Positions 9,699 through 19,705 of a DNA stretch of 64,000 nt are shown in pieces (position 1 is the stretch's first letter; every line of letters starts with the position of its first letter). This stretch comes from Candidatus Sulfomarinibacteraceae bacterium (GTDB lineage: Bacteria > Acidobacteriota > Thermoanaerobaculia > Thermoanaerobaculales > Sulfomarinibacteraceae). A model generated the notes under the pieces. The model searched no databases. It worked only from the letters and a program-made list of their open reading frames with translations, and had not been told where the DNA came from. The stretch lies in NCBI GenBank assembly GCA_963796455.1, contig CAWCLO010000004.1:768001-832000 (forward strand). The letters are read 5' to 3'. Both the position numbers and the translations under genes were made by a program.

Positions 9699-10921
9699 GG
9701 CCGGTGGCGCTGAGGGTCTCGGAGGGAATTCATGCTCGAGCGGCGGGCCTTCTGGAATCCCTGTGTTCGATCTCCTCGTCGAGCTCTGACCGGGATGGGC
9801 TCTACCGGATGGCCGAGCGGGTCGCCAGGGAACTCGCGGACTTTGGTTTGCAGGTCGAGATCCATGACGAAGAAGGGTTGGGTGGAGATTCCCTGCCGCT
9901 TCTGATAGCTCGAAACGGTGGTTCGGCCGAGTCGCCGCGCCTCCTGCTGCTTGGCCACCTCGATACCGTTCTGCCGGCGGTGACTCCGCGCTGGGTCAAC
10001 GGATCGTTGTGCGCCACCGGCGCGCTTGACATGAAGGGTGGCATCGCGGCCCTTGTCGGCGCGCTCCTGGTGCTCCGTGAGGCCGACGAGGCATTGCCCG
10101 ACAATCTGGTCTTCGTCGCGGTGCCAGATGAGGAGGTCGGTGGGCCGATCTCCGCACGCGCCGTTGCCCGGTGGGGGGAGGGTGCCCACACTGTCTTGAT
10201 TCTCGAACCGGGCGCCGGCCGTGAAAGTGGAGTAGAAACGCTCGTGACGGGCCGGCGTGGGCTCAGCATATGGCGGCTCGAAGCACGGGGTACCGCGGCG
10301 CACTCGGGTGTCTCCTACTGGGACGGCCGCTCGGCCCTGGCTGCTGCCGCGACCTGGGCGGGCGGTGTGCAGCAGATGTCCGAAAAGGGTGATGGTCCGA
10401 TCGTCAATGTCGGCCGAATCGTTGGCGGTGATTCCGATTTCGTCAGCGATTTCGGTGAAGAACACCGATTCATCGGCACCACCGAACGCCTGAATGTCGT
10501 CGCCGATCGGTGTGTGGTCGAAGGTGAGCTGCGGTATCTCGATCCATCAGATCGCGGTCGCGTTCTGACTCGGATGCGCGATCTGGCGTCGAAGCTCGCT
10601 TCCGAGTGGAGCGTCACGATCGAATTCGAAGAGGTCGAGCAGATCTTGCCGCTGACACCCTCACCGACAGGGAACTCGATTGCCAAACATCTGATCGGAC
10701 TGGCTCGGAGAGACGGCTGGTCGCTCGAGGTCGAATCCGATCGTGGGGGCATCTCATTTCCGAACTACCTGCCGGACCCGCGATCGATTCCGGTGATCGA
10801 CGGTCTTGGGCCGGTCGGGGACGGCATGCATACCCGAGGCGAGTACCTCGATCTCGAGAGTCTACGGCGACGGGTCGTCCTGATCGCCGAGGCGCTGGTC
10901 TACATTCGGAATCAGCGGTAG
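9695..10921 (+). CDS. M20/M25/M40 metallopeptidase (carboxypeptidase G2-like)
   Basis: GHLDTV, GALDMKGG, PDEEVG, LEPG, AAHSG, GMHTRGEY metal-ligand motifs; ATGA overlap with the cyanophycinase gene. Confidence 0.88.
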   Translation: MRPVALRVSEGIHARAAGLLESLCSISSSSSDRDGLYRMAERVARELADFGLQVEIHDEEGLGGDSLPLLIARNGGSAESPRLLLLGHLDTVLPAVTPRWVNGSLCATGALDMKGGIAALVGALLVLREADEALPDNLVFVAVPDEEVGGPISARAVARWGEGAHTVLILEPGAGRESGVETLVTGRRGLSIWRLEARGTAAHSGVSYWDGRSALAAAATWAGGVQQMSEKGDGPIVNVGRIVGGDSDFVSDFGEEHRFIGTTERLNVVADRCVVEGELRYLDPSDRGRVLTRMRDLASKLASEWSVTIEFEEVEQILPLTPSPTGNSIAKHLIGLARRDGWSLEVESDRGGISFPNYLPDPRSIPVIDGLGPVGDGMHTRGEYLDLESLRRRVVLIAEALVYIRNQR

Positions 10922-12097
10922 CTACAGTTCGCGCAACGCTGGGGCGACCTGGAGTCGCGCAGCGCGGATCGCCGGCAAGACTCCACCGATGAATCCCATG
11001 AATAGCGCAAAGAACATGCCGGCCGCCAGGAGCGCTGGGGTCACCTGGAAGGCAAAGGCGAGGTGCGAGAAGGTCTGCCAGTTCATGGTGCCGGCGGTGA
11101 AGCCGTTGAGCGGCAGGGCCGCAAGGCACCCGAGCACGCCGCCGATGAATGCGATCAGCAGCGACTCGATCATGAACGAAATCACCACGCTGCCGCCGCT
11201 AAACCCGAGAGCCCGCAGCGTCGCGATCTCCCTCGCCCGCGCCGCCACAGCCGAATACATGGTGTTGAGAGCGCCAAAGACGGCACCGATGGCCATGACG
11301 AAGGCGACCAGAAATCCGAGCACCCGAATCAGTGTGCTCACCATCTGCGATTGTTTGGCGTAGTAGCCCTGTTCCCGCTCGACCTGAACGGTCAGACGGG
11401 GATCGGAAGTCAAGGCGTCTTTGAAGGCGTCAAAATCGGTAGGTGAGTTGAGTCGAGTGGTGACTGATCCGAAAATGGTGCTCGACCGTTTGAACGCTTG
11501 CGAGAGCACGGTGTGATCTGCCCAGATCTCGGAATCGAATGCCGATCCCCCGGCATTGAAGATTCCGACGACTTTCCACTCCTGGCCGCCGAACAGAACG
11601 TTGGTGCCGAGCTCCAGGCCGCTGTAAGTATTGACGGCGTTGGATCCGATCACCAGTTCCGCCAACCCGGGTGTGAAGAACCGTCCTTCAACAACTTTCA
11701 CTGACGGTCGGACTTCGAGGGCGATCGGTGTCATGCCGCGGATCTGGACATTGGCGTCGGTGCCGCTCGATTTCAGTTGGAATGCTCCGATGACCACGAA
11801 TTCGGGGCTCGAGAGAGGGACGCCTTCGGCGTTGCGGGCGATCTGGGTCGCATCGGCAATGACCTTTGCCTGATCGAGGCTGACGCCGCTGTCCATCTCC
11901 GAGCTCGCTCCCGCTCGGCGGATGATGGAATTGCTGGTGGAGCCCGACGCGATCAGGGTCGCCTGGAATCCCGTCGCCATGGCGAGCATGGCGACAAAAA
12001 CGCCCACCGTACCCGCGATGCCCAGGATCGAGACGATTGTCGTCTTCCAACGGGCTCCCACCGAACGGATGTTGTAAGAAACGGGAATCGCCATCAC
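10922..12097 (-). CDS. ABC exporter permease (MacB/FtsX family)
   Basis: MacB periplasmic core plus FtsX domain (REIATLRALGF). Confidence 0.9.
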   Translation of the reverse strand: MMAIPVSYNIRSVGARWKTTIVSILGIAGTVGVFVAMLAMATGFQATLIASGSTSNSIIRRAGASSEMDSGVSLDQAKVIADATQIARNAEGVPLSSPEFVVIGAFQLKSSGTDANVQIRGMTPIALEVRPSVKVVEGRFFTPGLAELVIGSNAVNTYSGLELGTNVLFGGQEWKVVGIFNAGGSAFDSEIWADHTVLSQAFKRSSTIFGSVTTRLNSPTDFDAFKDALTSDPRLTVQVEREQGYYAKQSQMVSTLIRVLGFLVAFVMAIGAVFGALNTMYSAVAARAREIATLRALGFSGGSVVISFMIESLLIAFIGGVLGCLAALPLNGFTAGTMNWQTFSHLAFAFQVTPALLAAGMFFALFMGFIGGVLPAIRAARLQVAPALREL

Positions 12098-13239
12098 ACC
12101 CTCCTCAACGCATCGACGATCCGAAGATTCATGGCGGTCAAAGCCGGGATGAGCCCCGCGGCCAGACCGACAAAAACCGCGATCGCGAGCCCTAGAATCA
12201 TCTCACCGGTGGAGATATAGAAGATGGGCAGCATGCCGCCGGTCGGATCTCCACCAAGGGTGAAGAGCTTCGCCAGACCGATACCGATGGCGCCGCCGAC
12301 GAAGGCGATCACCAGCGATTCGGCCAATACCAGGAAAAGAATGGTGCGGTCTGCAAACCCGAGAGTCTTGAGCACGCCGAGCTCGGGGACCCGTTCGCGC
12401 ACCGCCATGGCCATGGTGTTTCCCGTTACGAGGAGCAGGGTGAAGAGCACGATGGCGCCGATTGACATGATCAGCACGCGAATGTTGCCGATCTGTTTGG
12501 CAAAGCCTGCCGCGAACGCCTGTTCGGTTTCTGTGGAGGTCTCGAATGCGGAATTGGCGAATCGCTCATCCACCGCCTTGCTCACCGCAACCGCGTTGTC
12601 GGGGTCGTCGATCTGAACGGTGTACCAGCCCACTGTGCCGCCGCCAGAATTTGTCTGGCGGCGCTCCTCGAGGTACTTCCATTGGAACCAGAACTGCGAC
12701 TCGTCATCTCCCTGACGGGAACCTTCATAAATGGCGCGGATGTTGAAATCCCATGTACCGGTCCAAATGGTGCCCTGGATCGGAATTCGGTCGCCCAGCT
12801 TCCATCCGAACCGATCGGCGGTGACCTTCCCGACCACTGCGCCTTCGCGGTCGGCGAGAAAGGCCTGCCATTGTTCGTCAGAGATATCGAATTCGGGAAA
12901 GACCGAGCGATAGGTATCGGTGTCCACGGCGAACTGGGCGAAGAAGTTTTTCGGGTCCTGGTAAATGCCGCCAAACCAGGTGGCAAAGGTTGCCTCCGTC
13001 ACATGATCGATCTGTCGGATGCGTTCCTGGTAGGCGAGGGGCAAGGGCATGATCAACGAGGTCTTATTGCGTACGATCAATCGATCGGCGCCGGCCACGT
13101 CCACGCCGGCGTTGAGGGCGGTCTCGATGGTCACCAACAGACCGAAGAGAAAGAGCGCCACGGCAATGGATCCAACCGTGAGGATGGTCCTGGTCTTCTT
13201 TCGGAAAAGATTGCGAAGGATGAAGGGGATGTATTTCAC
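12094..13239 (-). CDS. ABC exporter permease (MacB/FtsX family)
   Basis: RNLFRKKTRTILT, ERVPELGVLKTLGF. Confidence 0.9.
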   Translation of the reverse strand: MKYIPFILRNLFRKKTRTILTVGSIAVALFLFGLLVTIETALNAGVDVAGADRLIVRNKTSLIMPLPLAYQERIRQIDHVTEATFATWFGGIYQDPKNFFAQFAVDTDTYRSVFPEFDISDEQWQAFLADREGAVVGKVTADRFGWKLGDRIPIQGTIWTGTWDFNIRAIYEGSRQGDDESQFWFQWKYLEERRQTNSGGGTVGWYTVQIDDPDNAVAVSKAVDERFANSAFETSTETEQAFAAGFAKQIGNIRVLIMSIGAIVLFTLLLVTGNTMAMAVRERVPELGVLKTLGFADRTILFLVLAESLVIAFVGGAIGIGLAKLFTLGGDPTGGMLPIFYISTGEMILGLAIAVFVGLAAGLIPALTAMNLRIVDALRRV

Positions 13240-13961
13240 GAGGGCGCCCCCTGGGTGAGGCCCTCGACCAGCACACCCTTTTCGAGGTGCAGGGTGATGT
13301 CGGCCCGCTCGGCCGCCAACGGGTCATGGGTCACCATGAGAATGGTCTTGTTGTGCTCGCTTTCGAGCTCGGTGAGCAGATCGAGGATCTCTTCGGCCGA
13401 TTTCCGGTCGAGATCACCCGTGGGCTCGTCACACAGCAAAAACGAAGGATCGGTGACGATGGCGCGTGCGATGGCCACCCGCTGCTCCTGGCCGCCTGAA
13501 AGCTGACGTGGGTAGTGGTTCATGCGATCGCCGAGACCCACCAACTTGAGAGCGGTTTCGACGTGCTGTCGCCGTTGCGCTTTTCCAAGCTTGGTGAGCA
13601 GAAGCGGCAGTTCGACATTCTGAAACGCAGTCAGAACCGGTAGAAGGTTGTACATCTGGAAGATGAAACCGACGTGCTGTGCCCGCCATGCGGTCAGCTT
13701 GCGGGCCGACATATGTGTAATTTCGTCGCCGTCGGCAGTAACCGTCCCCTTGGTCGGTGTGTCGAGACCTCCGAGGAGATTGAGCAGCGTGGTTTTACCG
13801 GAGCCGCTCGGACCCATGAAGGCCACGAACTCGCCCTCTTGCACGTCAAGGTTCAAGCCCTGGAGGACATTGATCGTTTCGTTGCCGCGCGTATAAACCT
13901 TGTTCAGGTTGCGTACTTTGATCAGGCTCTCCGAATGCTCCTGTCCGTTCACATCGACCAT
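13236..13961 (-). CDS. ABC transporter ATP-binding protein (LolD/MacB-like)
   Basis: GPSGSGKT, LSGGQEQRVAIARA, DEPTG, VTHD. Confidence 0.95.
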   Translation of the reverse strand: MVDVNGQEHSESLIKVRNLNKVYTRGNETINVLQGLNLDVQEGEFVAFMGPSGSGKTTLLNLLGGLDTPTKGTVTADGDEITHMSARKLTAWRAQHVGFIFQMYNLLPVLTAFQNVELPLLLTKLGKAQRRQHVETALKLVGLGDRMNHYPRQLSGGQEQRVAIARAIVTDPSFLLCDEPTGDLDRKSAEEILDLLTELESEHNKTILMVTHDPLAAERADITLHLEKGVLVEGLTQGAPS

Positions 13962-13993
13962 CTCGCTCTTCCTCCAAAAATTCGATGGGCATT

Positions 13994-15217
13994 TCAGCCC
14001 TTGATCCGGACCTTCTGCCCGTTTTCGAGCCCGTCGGGTCCGGTCACCACGACTCTCTCCCCGGCGCTGACGCCGGCCATGATCTCCACCTCGTTGCCGT
14101 TGCTCCGACCGATGCCGACAGCGCGTCGATCCAGGGTCTCACCATCGACCACAAAGACGATCGAGGTTCCGCCGTCATCACGAATGGCCGGCCCCGGCAC
14201 CAGCGACTGCGGCGGGTCGGTCTCGGAGAGTTCTTCGACCGTTTCACGAAAGGCCACCTTGACTCCCATGTCCGGGAGGATCTTCGGGTCGAGCTCATCG
14301 AAGGTCAAACGCACTTTGACCGTGGCCTTCTGCCGATCGGCAGTTGGAATAACGGTTCGTACGGTGGCCGGGATCCGCCAGTCGGGGTAGGCGTCGAGGA
14401 CCGCTTCCGCCGGTTGGCCGGGTTGGACCTTTGCGATATGACTCTCGTTGACGTCCACCTCGATCTCCAACGACTCCATGTCGACGATTGTGGAGATGCC
14501 GGTCCTGGTGAATCCGCCACCCGCCGAGACCGGTGACACCATCTCGCCGGGCTGGGCATCCTTGGACACCGCGATTCCGGCAAATGGCGCGCGCACGGTG
14601 TAGTTCTCGAGATCCTGTGCCGCCACGGCAAGTTGCGCATCGGCGGCGTCGAGCGACGATTTCGCGACGCCGAGCCGGGCCTCGAGGGCGTCGACGGCGG
14701 CTGCGGCCGAGTCCAGATCCTGGATGCTGGCGACGCCGTCCTGATGGAGCTTTGTGATTCGACGGAGTGTACGTTCCGCGTCCGCCAGGTTGACCTTCAT
14801 CTCCTCGATGGAGGCCCGCGCGACATCGCGGTCGGCACGGATGGCCTCGTAGCGGCGGCGCGCGTCGGCATCGTCGAGTCGAGCGAGCACCTGGCCGGCT
14901 TCCACCACCATGCCCTCGTCCACCAGCACCTCGACGACCTTGCCGGTGATCTTTGAAGACACCGTGGACTTGCGACGGGGCTCGACATAGCCCGAGGCGT
15001 TGAGGATGGTCGCCGAGCCGCCGGTCGGGGCGGAGCGTGCGGTGGCGACTTCGACCTCTACCGGTGAGTTCTTTCTGGCGAAGAAAATCACCATGGCTGC
15101 GATGACGACCACAACCGTCGCCGCGATCAGCATCAACCGGCGACCTCCACGGTCACCCGATTTTTGTTCGCGGTCGATCTTCAGATCAGCCAGATTCGGT
15201 TTCGATGTTTCATTCAT
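13994..15217 (-). CDS. Efflux periplasmic adaptor (MacA/HlyD-type membrane fusion protein)
   Basis: N-terminal TM, lipoyl halves (VLVDEGMVVEAGQVLARLD, VRAPFAG), helical hairpin. Confidence 0.92.
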   Translation of the reverse strand: MNETSKPNLADLKIDREQKSGDRGGRRLMLIAATVVVVIAAMVIFFARKNSPVEVEVATARSAPTGGSATILNASGYVEPRRKSTVSSKITGKVVEVLVDEGMVVEAGQVLARLDDADARRRYEAIRADRDVARASIEEMKVNLADAERTLRRITKLHQDGVASIQDLDSAAAAVDALEARLGVAKSSLDAADAQLAVAAQDLENYTVRAPFAGIAVSKDAQPGEMVSPVSAGGGFTRTGISTIVDMESLEIEVDVNESHIAKVQPGQPAEAVLDAYPDWRIPATVRTVIPTADRQKATVKVRLTFDELDPKILPDMGVKVAFRETVEELSETDPPQSLVPGPAIRDDGGTSIVFVVDGETLDRRAVGIGRSNGNEVEIMAGVSAGERVVVTGPDGLENGQKVRIKG

Positions 15218-15434
15218 GTCTTATGTCCTACGTTTTGCGCAACGGAGGATTCCCTCCACTTGTTCCCTCGGCTTGTGTTTTCGGTGCCGGAGTTTACCAT
15301 CCATACTCTCTTGGCCGGTCGCTATCGCTATCGGAAACGCAACTGACACTGCCAACTCCAGGATCGCGTTCAATTCCCTGCGGTGTGTCATCTGCGTTCA
15401 TCTGCGGCTGCTCCTCCGGTCTTGCTCGGATCGG

Positions 15435-18400
15435 TCAATGAAAATCATGGCTCGCCACCGCCGCGTCGGCATTGACCGCTTGGAAACGTCGAGCCTTGAC
15501 GGAGATCGTGCCGTCCTGCTTCTGTAATGGGCCTTCCACCATGATCACCGGGGTGCTGACGATGAAGGCCCGGTGTTTCTGGTAGAGATCGGGGCGGATG
15601 ATGGATTGCACCGTCCCGGTTTCGTCCTCCATGGTCAAAAAGACAAATCCCTTGGCGGTACCGGGCCGTTGTCTCACGATCACGGCTCCGGCGACCCGCA
15701 CCACTTCGCCGTCCGGGATTTCTGCGAGCTTCGCCGTCGTGATCACCCCGAGGCGATCCATCTCGTGGCGGACGTAGGCCATGAGGTGGGGGCCGGTGGT
15801 GAGGTGGAGCCCGGCGTAATCGGCAACGGTCTCATCGAGCGGCCGCATCTCGTGAAGCGGCGATGTCTTCTCGGGTGGCAGATCGGCAAAGAGAGGTCCG
15901 CGTCGCCCCGCCACTTCACCGACCTGCCACAAGGCTGCGCGGCGGCTCAAACCCAGCGAGGCCAGGGCCCCGACGTGGGCCAGCCGTTCGAGCTGTTCGG
16001 AGGAGAGATCGCACCGTCCGGCGAGGTCGGCGGAATCGGTGAAGGGTCTCCGTGCGCACTCGTCTTCGATGATCTCGCCGGCGGCCCTTTTGAGACCGTG
16101 CACATAACGCAGCCCGATCCGCACCGCGCCGTCTTCCCAACGGCAACGCCACCCCGAATGGTTGACGTCGACCGTCAGAAAACGGACGCCGTGTCGTTGG
16201 CCGTCCTTGACCAGGGTGGCTGGGTGGTAGAAGCCCATGGGCCAGGCATTGAGCAGGCTGGCGTAGAAGGCGGTGGGGTGGTGGGCCTTGAGGAAGGCGG
16301 AGGCGTAGACCAGAAGGGCGAAGCTGGCCGAGTGGGATTCGGGAAAGCCGTAAAGCGCAAAGGAGGTGATGGAGCGCACGATCTGCTCCTGGGCCTCGCC
16401 GCTGATTCCCCGTTCGGTCATCCCGCTGCGCAGACGTTTTTCGATCACCACCATTCGTTCCTGCGAACGCTTGAAGCCCATGGCACGTCGCAGCTCTTCG
16501 GCCTCGCCGCCGGAGAAACCGGCCGCCTCCATTGCGATGCGCAGCAGCTGTTCCTGGAACAGAGGCACCCCGAGGGTGCGCTCGAGGATCGGCTTCAGAC
16601 AGGGGTGGGCATAGGTCACTTCTTCGCGCCCCTGGCGCCGTTCGAGGTAGGGATTGGTCATGTTGCCGGCGATCGGTCCGGGGCGGATGATCGCCACCTG
16701 CACCACCAGGTCGTAGAAGTGTTCGGGCCGGTTGCGAGGCAGCGATGCCATCTGCGCCCGGCTTTCGATCTGAAAGACCCCGGCGGTATCGGCGCTGCGA
16801 ATCATGTCGTAGGTCTTCGGGTCTCCGGGCGGAAGGTGGGCGAGATCGATCTCAACACCTTCGTTGTCGCGGATCATGGGGATCGACTCCTCGAGGGCGG
16901 CCATCATCCCGAGCCCGAGCAGATCGACCTTGATCAGACCGAGATCGGCGCAGTCATCCTTGTCCCATTGGATCACCGTGCGGTTTTCCATTGCCGCGGG
17001 CTCCAGGGGCACCACCTCGTCGAGACGGCCCTGGGCAACCACCATCCCACCCGAGTGTTGGCCGAGGTGGCGGGGAAGGTGATGGATCTCCCACCACAAT
17101 CGTTTGAAGTGTTCGACCCGCTTCGATTCGGGGTCGAGACCGACTGCCGCCAACTCGGTGTCGAGGTCGCGCGCGCCCTCTCTGATCTCGGTCGTCATGT
17201 GGCGGCCGAATCGTTTGGAGATGCGGTCGACCTGCTCGAGTGAAAACCCCAGGGCTTTGCCGATCTCGCGCGCCGCCGACTTCGCGCGGTAGGTGATCAC
17301 GTTGGCGGTCATCCCGGCGCCGTGCGGGCCATAACGCTGGTAGACGTACTGGATGACCTTCTCACGTTGGTCGCCCGATGGCAGGTCGAGATCGATGTCG
17401 GGCCACTCGCCACGTTCTTCGGACAGAAAGCGCTCGAAGAGCAGCTCCATCTTGACCGGGTCGACCGCGGTGATCGAGAGTGCGTAACAGACCGCCGAGT
17501 TGGCCGCCGAACCACGCCCCTGGGCCATGATCTGCTCGCGCTGGCAGAAACGGACGATGTCCCAGACGATGAGGAAGTAGCCCGCCAGATCGAGTTTTTC
17601 GATCAGGTTGAGCTCCTTCTCCAACTGTGCCTGGGCGCGGGCGGTGAGCGGCCTGAAACGGGTGCGGGCGCCGTCCCAGGTCACCCGCCGGAGGTGGGAG
17701 ATCGGGCTCTCTCCAACCGGCAGGGGGTAGTCGGGAAAGCGGTAGCCGAGGTCATCCAGGGTGAACTCGAGCTCGTCGGCGAGCACTCCGGCCGCGGCCA
17801 GGGCCCGCGGCTGGTCGGCGAAGAGCAATTCCATCTCACGCGGTGATCGCAAGAAGCGCTCGCGCCCTCCTTCGATCAGGCGGCCGGCAGTGTCGACGCT
17901 GACGCCTTCGCGGATGCACGCGAGGGCATCGGCAAGATCGCGATTCTCGGGTCGGGCATAACGAATACCGCCGGTCGCCACCAGCGGCAATCTCAGGCTG
18001 CGGGCGAGATCGATCAGGGCCCGGTTGCGGTGCTCTTCATCGCGCAGCCGGTGGCGCTGCAGCTCCACATGGAGCCGTCTCGGAAAGAGCCGGTTGAGGT
18101 GTTCGAGCTCTCGTCGTGCGCCGTCGATGCCGCGGTGGATCAGACGCTGGGCGATGACTCCTTCGGAACTGCCGGTGAGACAGTGGAGCCCGTCGGCGTG
18201 GGCTGCCACCTGGGACCAGCTCGCTCTCGCCTTGCCCTTCTGACGCCCGCGGGCGGCCTCGGTGAGAAGACGGCAGAGATTGCGATAACCGCGGCGATCG
18301 GCCGCCAGGAGCGTCAACCTGGGCAGGGGAGTGCCGGCGGGAGGAGGGTTGGGGACGAGGCCGAGAGGACCTGGCAAGTTTCGGAGTTTGGAGTTCGGAA

Positions 18401-18696
18401 TTTGAATTTTCCCGCCGTTCTCCCTGAGATTGTGGGATGGGGTGGGTGTGATCAGCATCCAGCATCGAGTATCCAGCATCTGCTTCGTCCAGAACGACTT
18501 CTGCGCCGACGAGGGGTTTGATCCCTGCGTCGCGCGCCGCCTTCCAGAACCGCGGTGCGCCCGAAACGCAGTTGCGATCCACCAGCGCCACCGTTTCCAG
18601 CCCGAGTTCCGCCGCCCGTTCGACCAGATCTTCGGGTTGCGAAGCGCCTTCGAGGAAGGAGAATGCCGAGGCGCAGTGCAGCTCGGCGTACTTCAT
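15435..18696 (-). CDS. dnaE2: Error-prone DNA polymerase DnaE2, with a +1 frameshift in a repeat-containing insert in the PHP domain (between about 18480 and 18325)
   Basis: N-terminus MKYAELHCASAFSFLEGAS..GAEVVLDE (ATG 18696) is in a different frame from the body RLTLLAADRRGYRNL..GRGSAANS..PDIDLD..HLGQHSGG..ending in SHDFH (DnaE2 signature). Confidence 0.92.
18377..18480. repeat. Two heptamer tandem arrays inside dnaE2
   Basis: Minus strand GATGCTG-GATACTC-GATGCTG-GATGCTG (18480-18453) and AAATTC-AAATTCC-GAACTCC-AAACTCC-GAAAC (about 18409-18378). Confidence 0.85.
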
Positions 18697-18702
18697 CGGA
18701 CC

Positions 18703-19700
18703 AACCACAGAGGCACAGAGGTGGAAGAACGCCCGCAGATCACGCAGATAGACGCAGATCCATCGCGCTCGCTCTCGTCGCAAACACGAAGACACAAAGG
18801 CACGAAGGAGTCACACCAAGAAAACCACAGAGGCACGGAGACACAGAGAGGGAACACAGAGGGCTGGCGCAAAGGCCCACAGAACAAACAGAAAAACACA
18901 GAAGCCATCGCAAAGGCACGACCGGAGTGCAGCCGGGACGGCTGCACCACCATGGTGGTGCACGCGTCTCGCGTGCACATGGTTGAACCGCAAAGAATGC
19001 AAAGTCGCAGAGACGCAAAGGCCTGGTTGGCGAGCTTTTGCGACGTTGCCATCGGTGTCGGCAGATCGCCAGACGATCTCCGATCGCCAGTCACCGGGTG
19101 AGAAGTGGGGCGATCCCGATCGCCAGCGTTCGGAATCACCCCACTCCTCACCCGTCCGGCACGCCTACGGCATGCCGGTTCTGCCTTGCATTAGGTGACC
19201 CCAACTCTTGATTGAAGTAAGGGGGAGGAAGGAGGCGAGACCTGCGCGGTCGCGCAGGCCGCTGGGTAAGGAAACCACGACGAAAGCTTGTTTTCGGGGT
19301 GGTTTCCTTACCCAGCGGTACCTGGCCGCCGGATGGCGGCCAGGACCTCGCCGGGCGGAGGGTTCTTCCGGGAAGTCCTCTGCGTCTCCGCGCCTCTGCG
19401 CCTCTGCGTTCAATACGCTTTTGGCAAGATCGATCCAGCAGTTCGGCGGCCATTGCGCCTTCGCGTCTTTGCATCTTTGCGTTCGAAAAAGAACGGTGGG
19501 GACATGAACTCGTTGAATCAGCTCGTCGATATCATCTGTGGCTGAACCAATTCTGTGTTTTTCTGTGTGTTCTGTGGGCAACTCCGAGCGAGCCCGGTTG
19601 CGGCGAGAGGATGCCAACGGCTTTGTGATGTCTTTGTGCCTTCGTGTCTTCGTGTTTGTGACGAGATGTGTCGGGTCTGTGCCTCTGGGTCTCTGTGGTT
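18703..19700. repeat. Nested palindromic composite element, copy A (fills the imuB-dnaE2 intergenic region)
   Basis: Four nested inverted arm pairs plus multiple internal hairpins; homologous to 21401-22162 and 23259-24286. Confidence 0.9.
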
Positions 19701-19705
19701 CATTC

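Noticed and set aside
15573..17243. Long antisense ORFs (also 35995-37338, 33180-34229, 53863-54831)
   Set aside because: Typical GC-rich shadows opposite well-supported genes.
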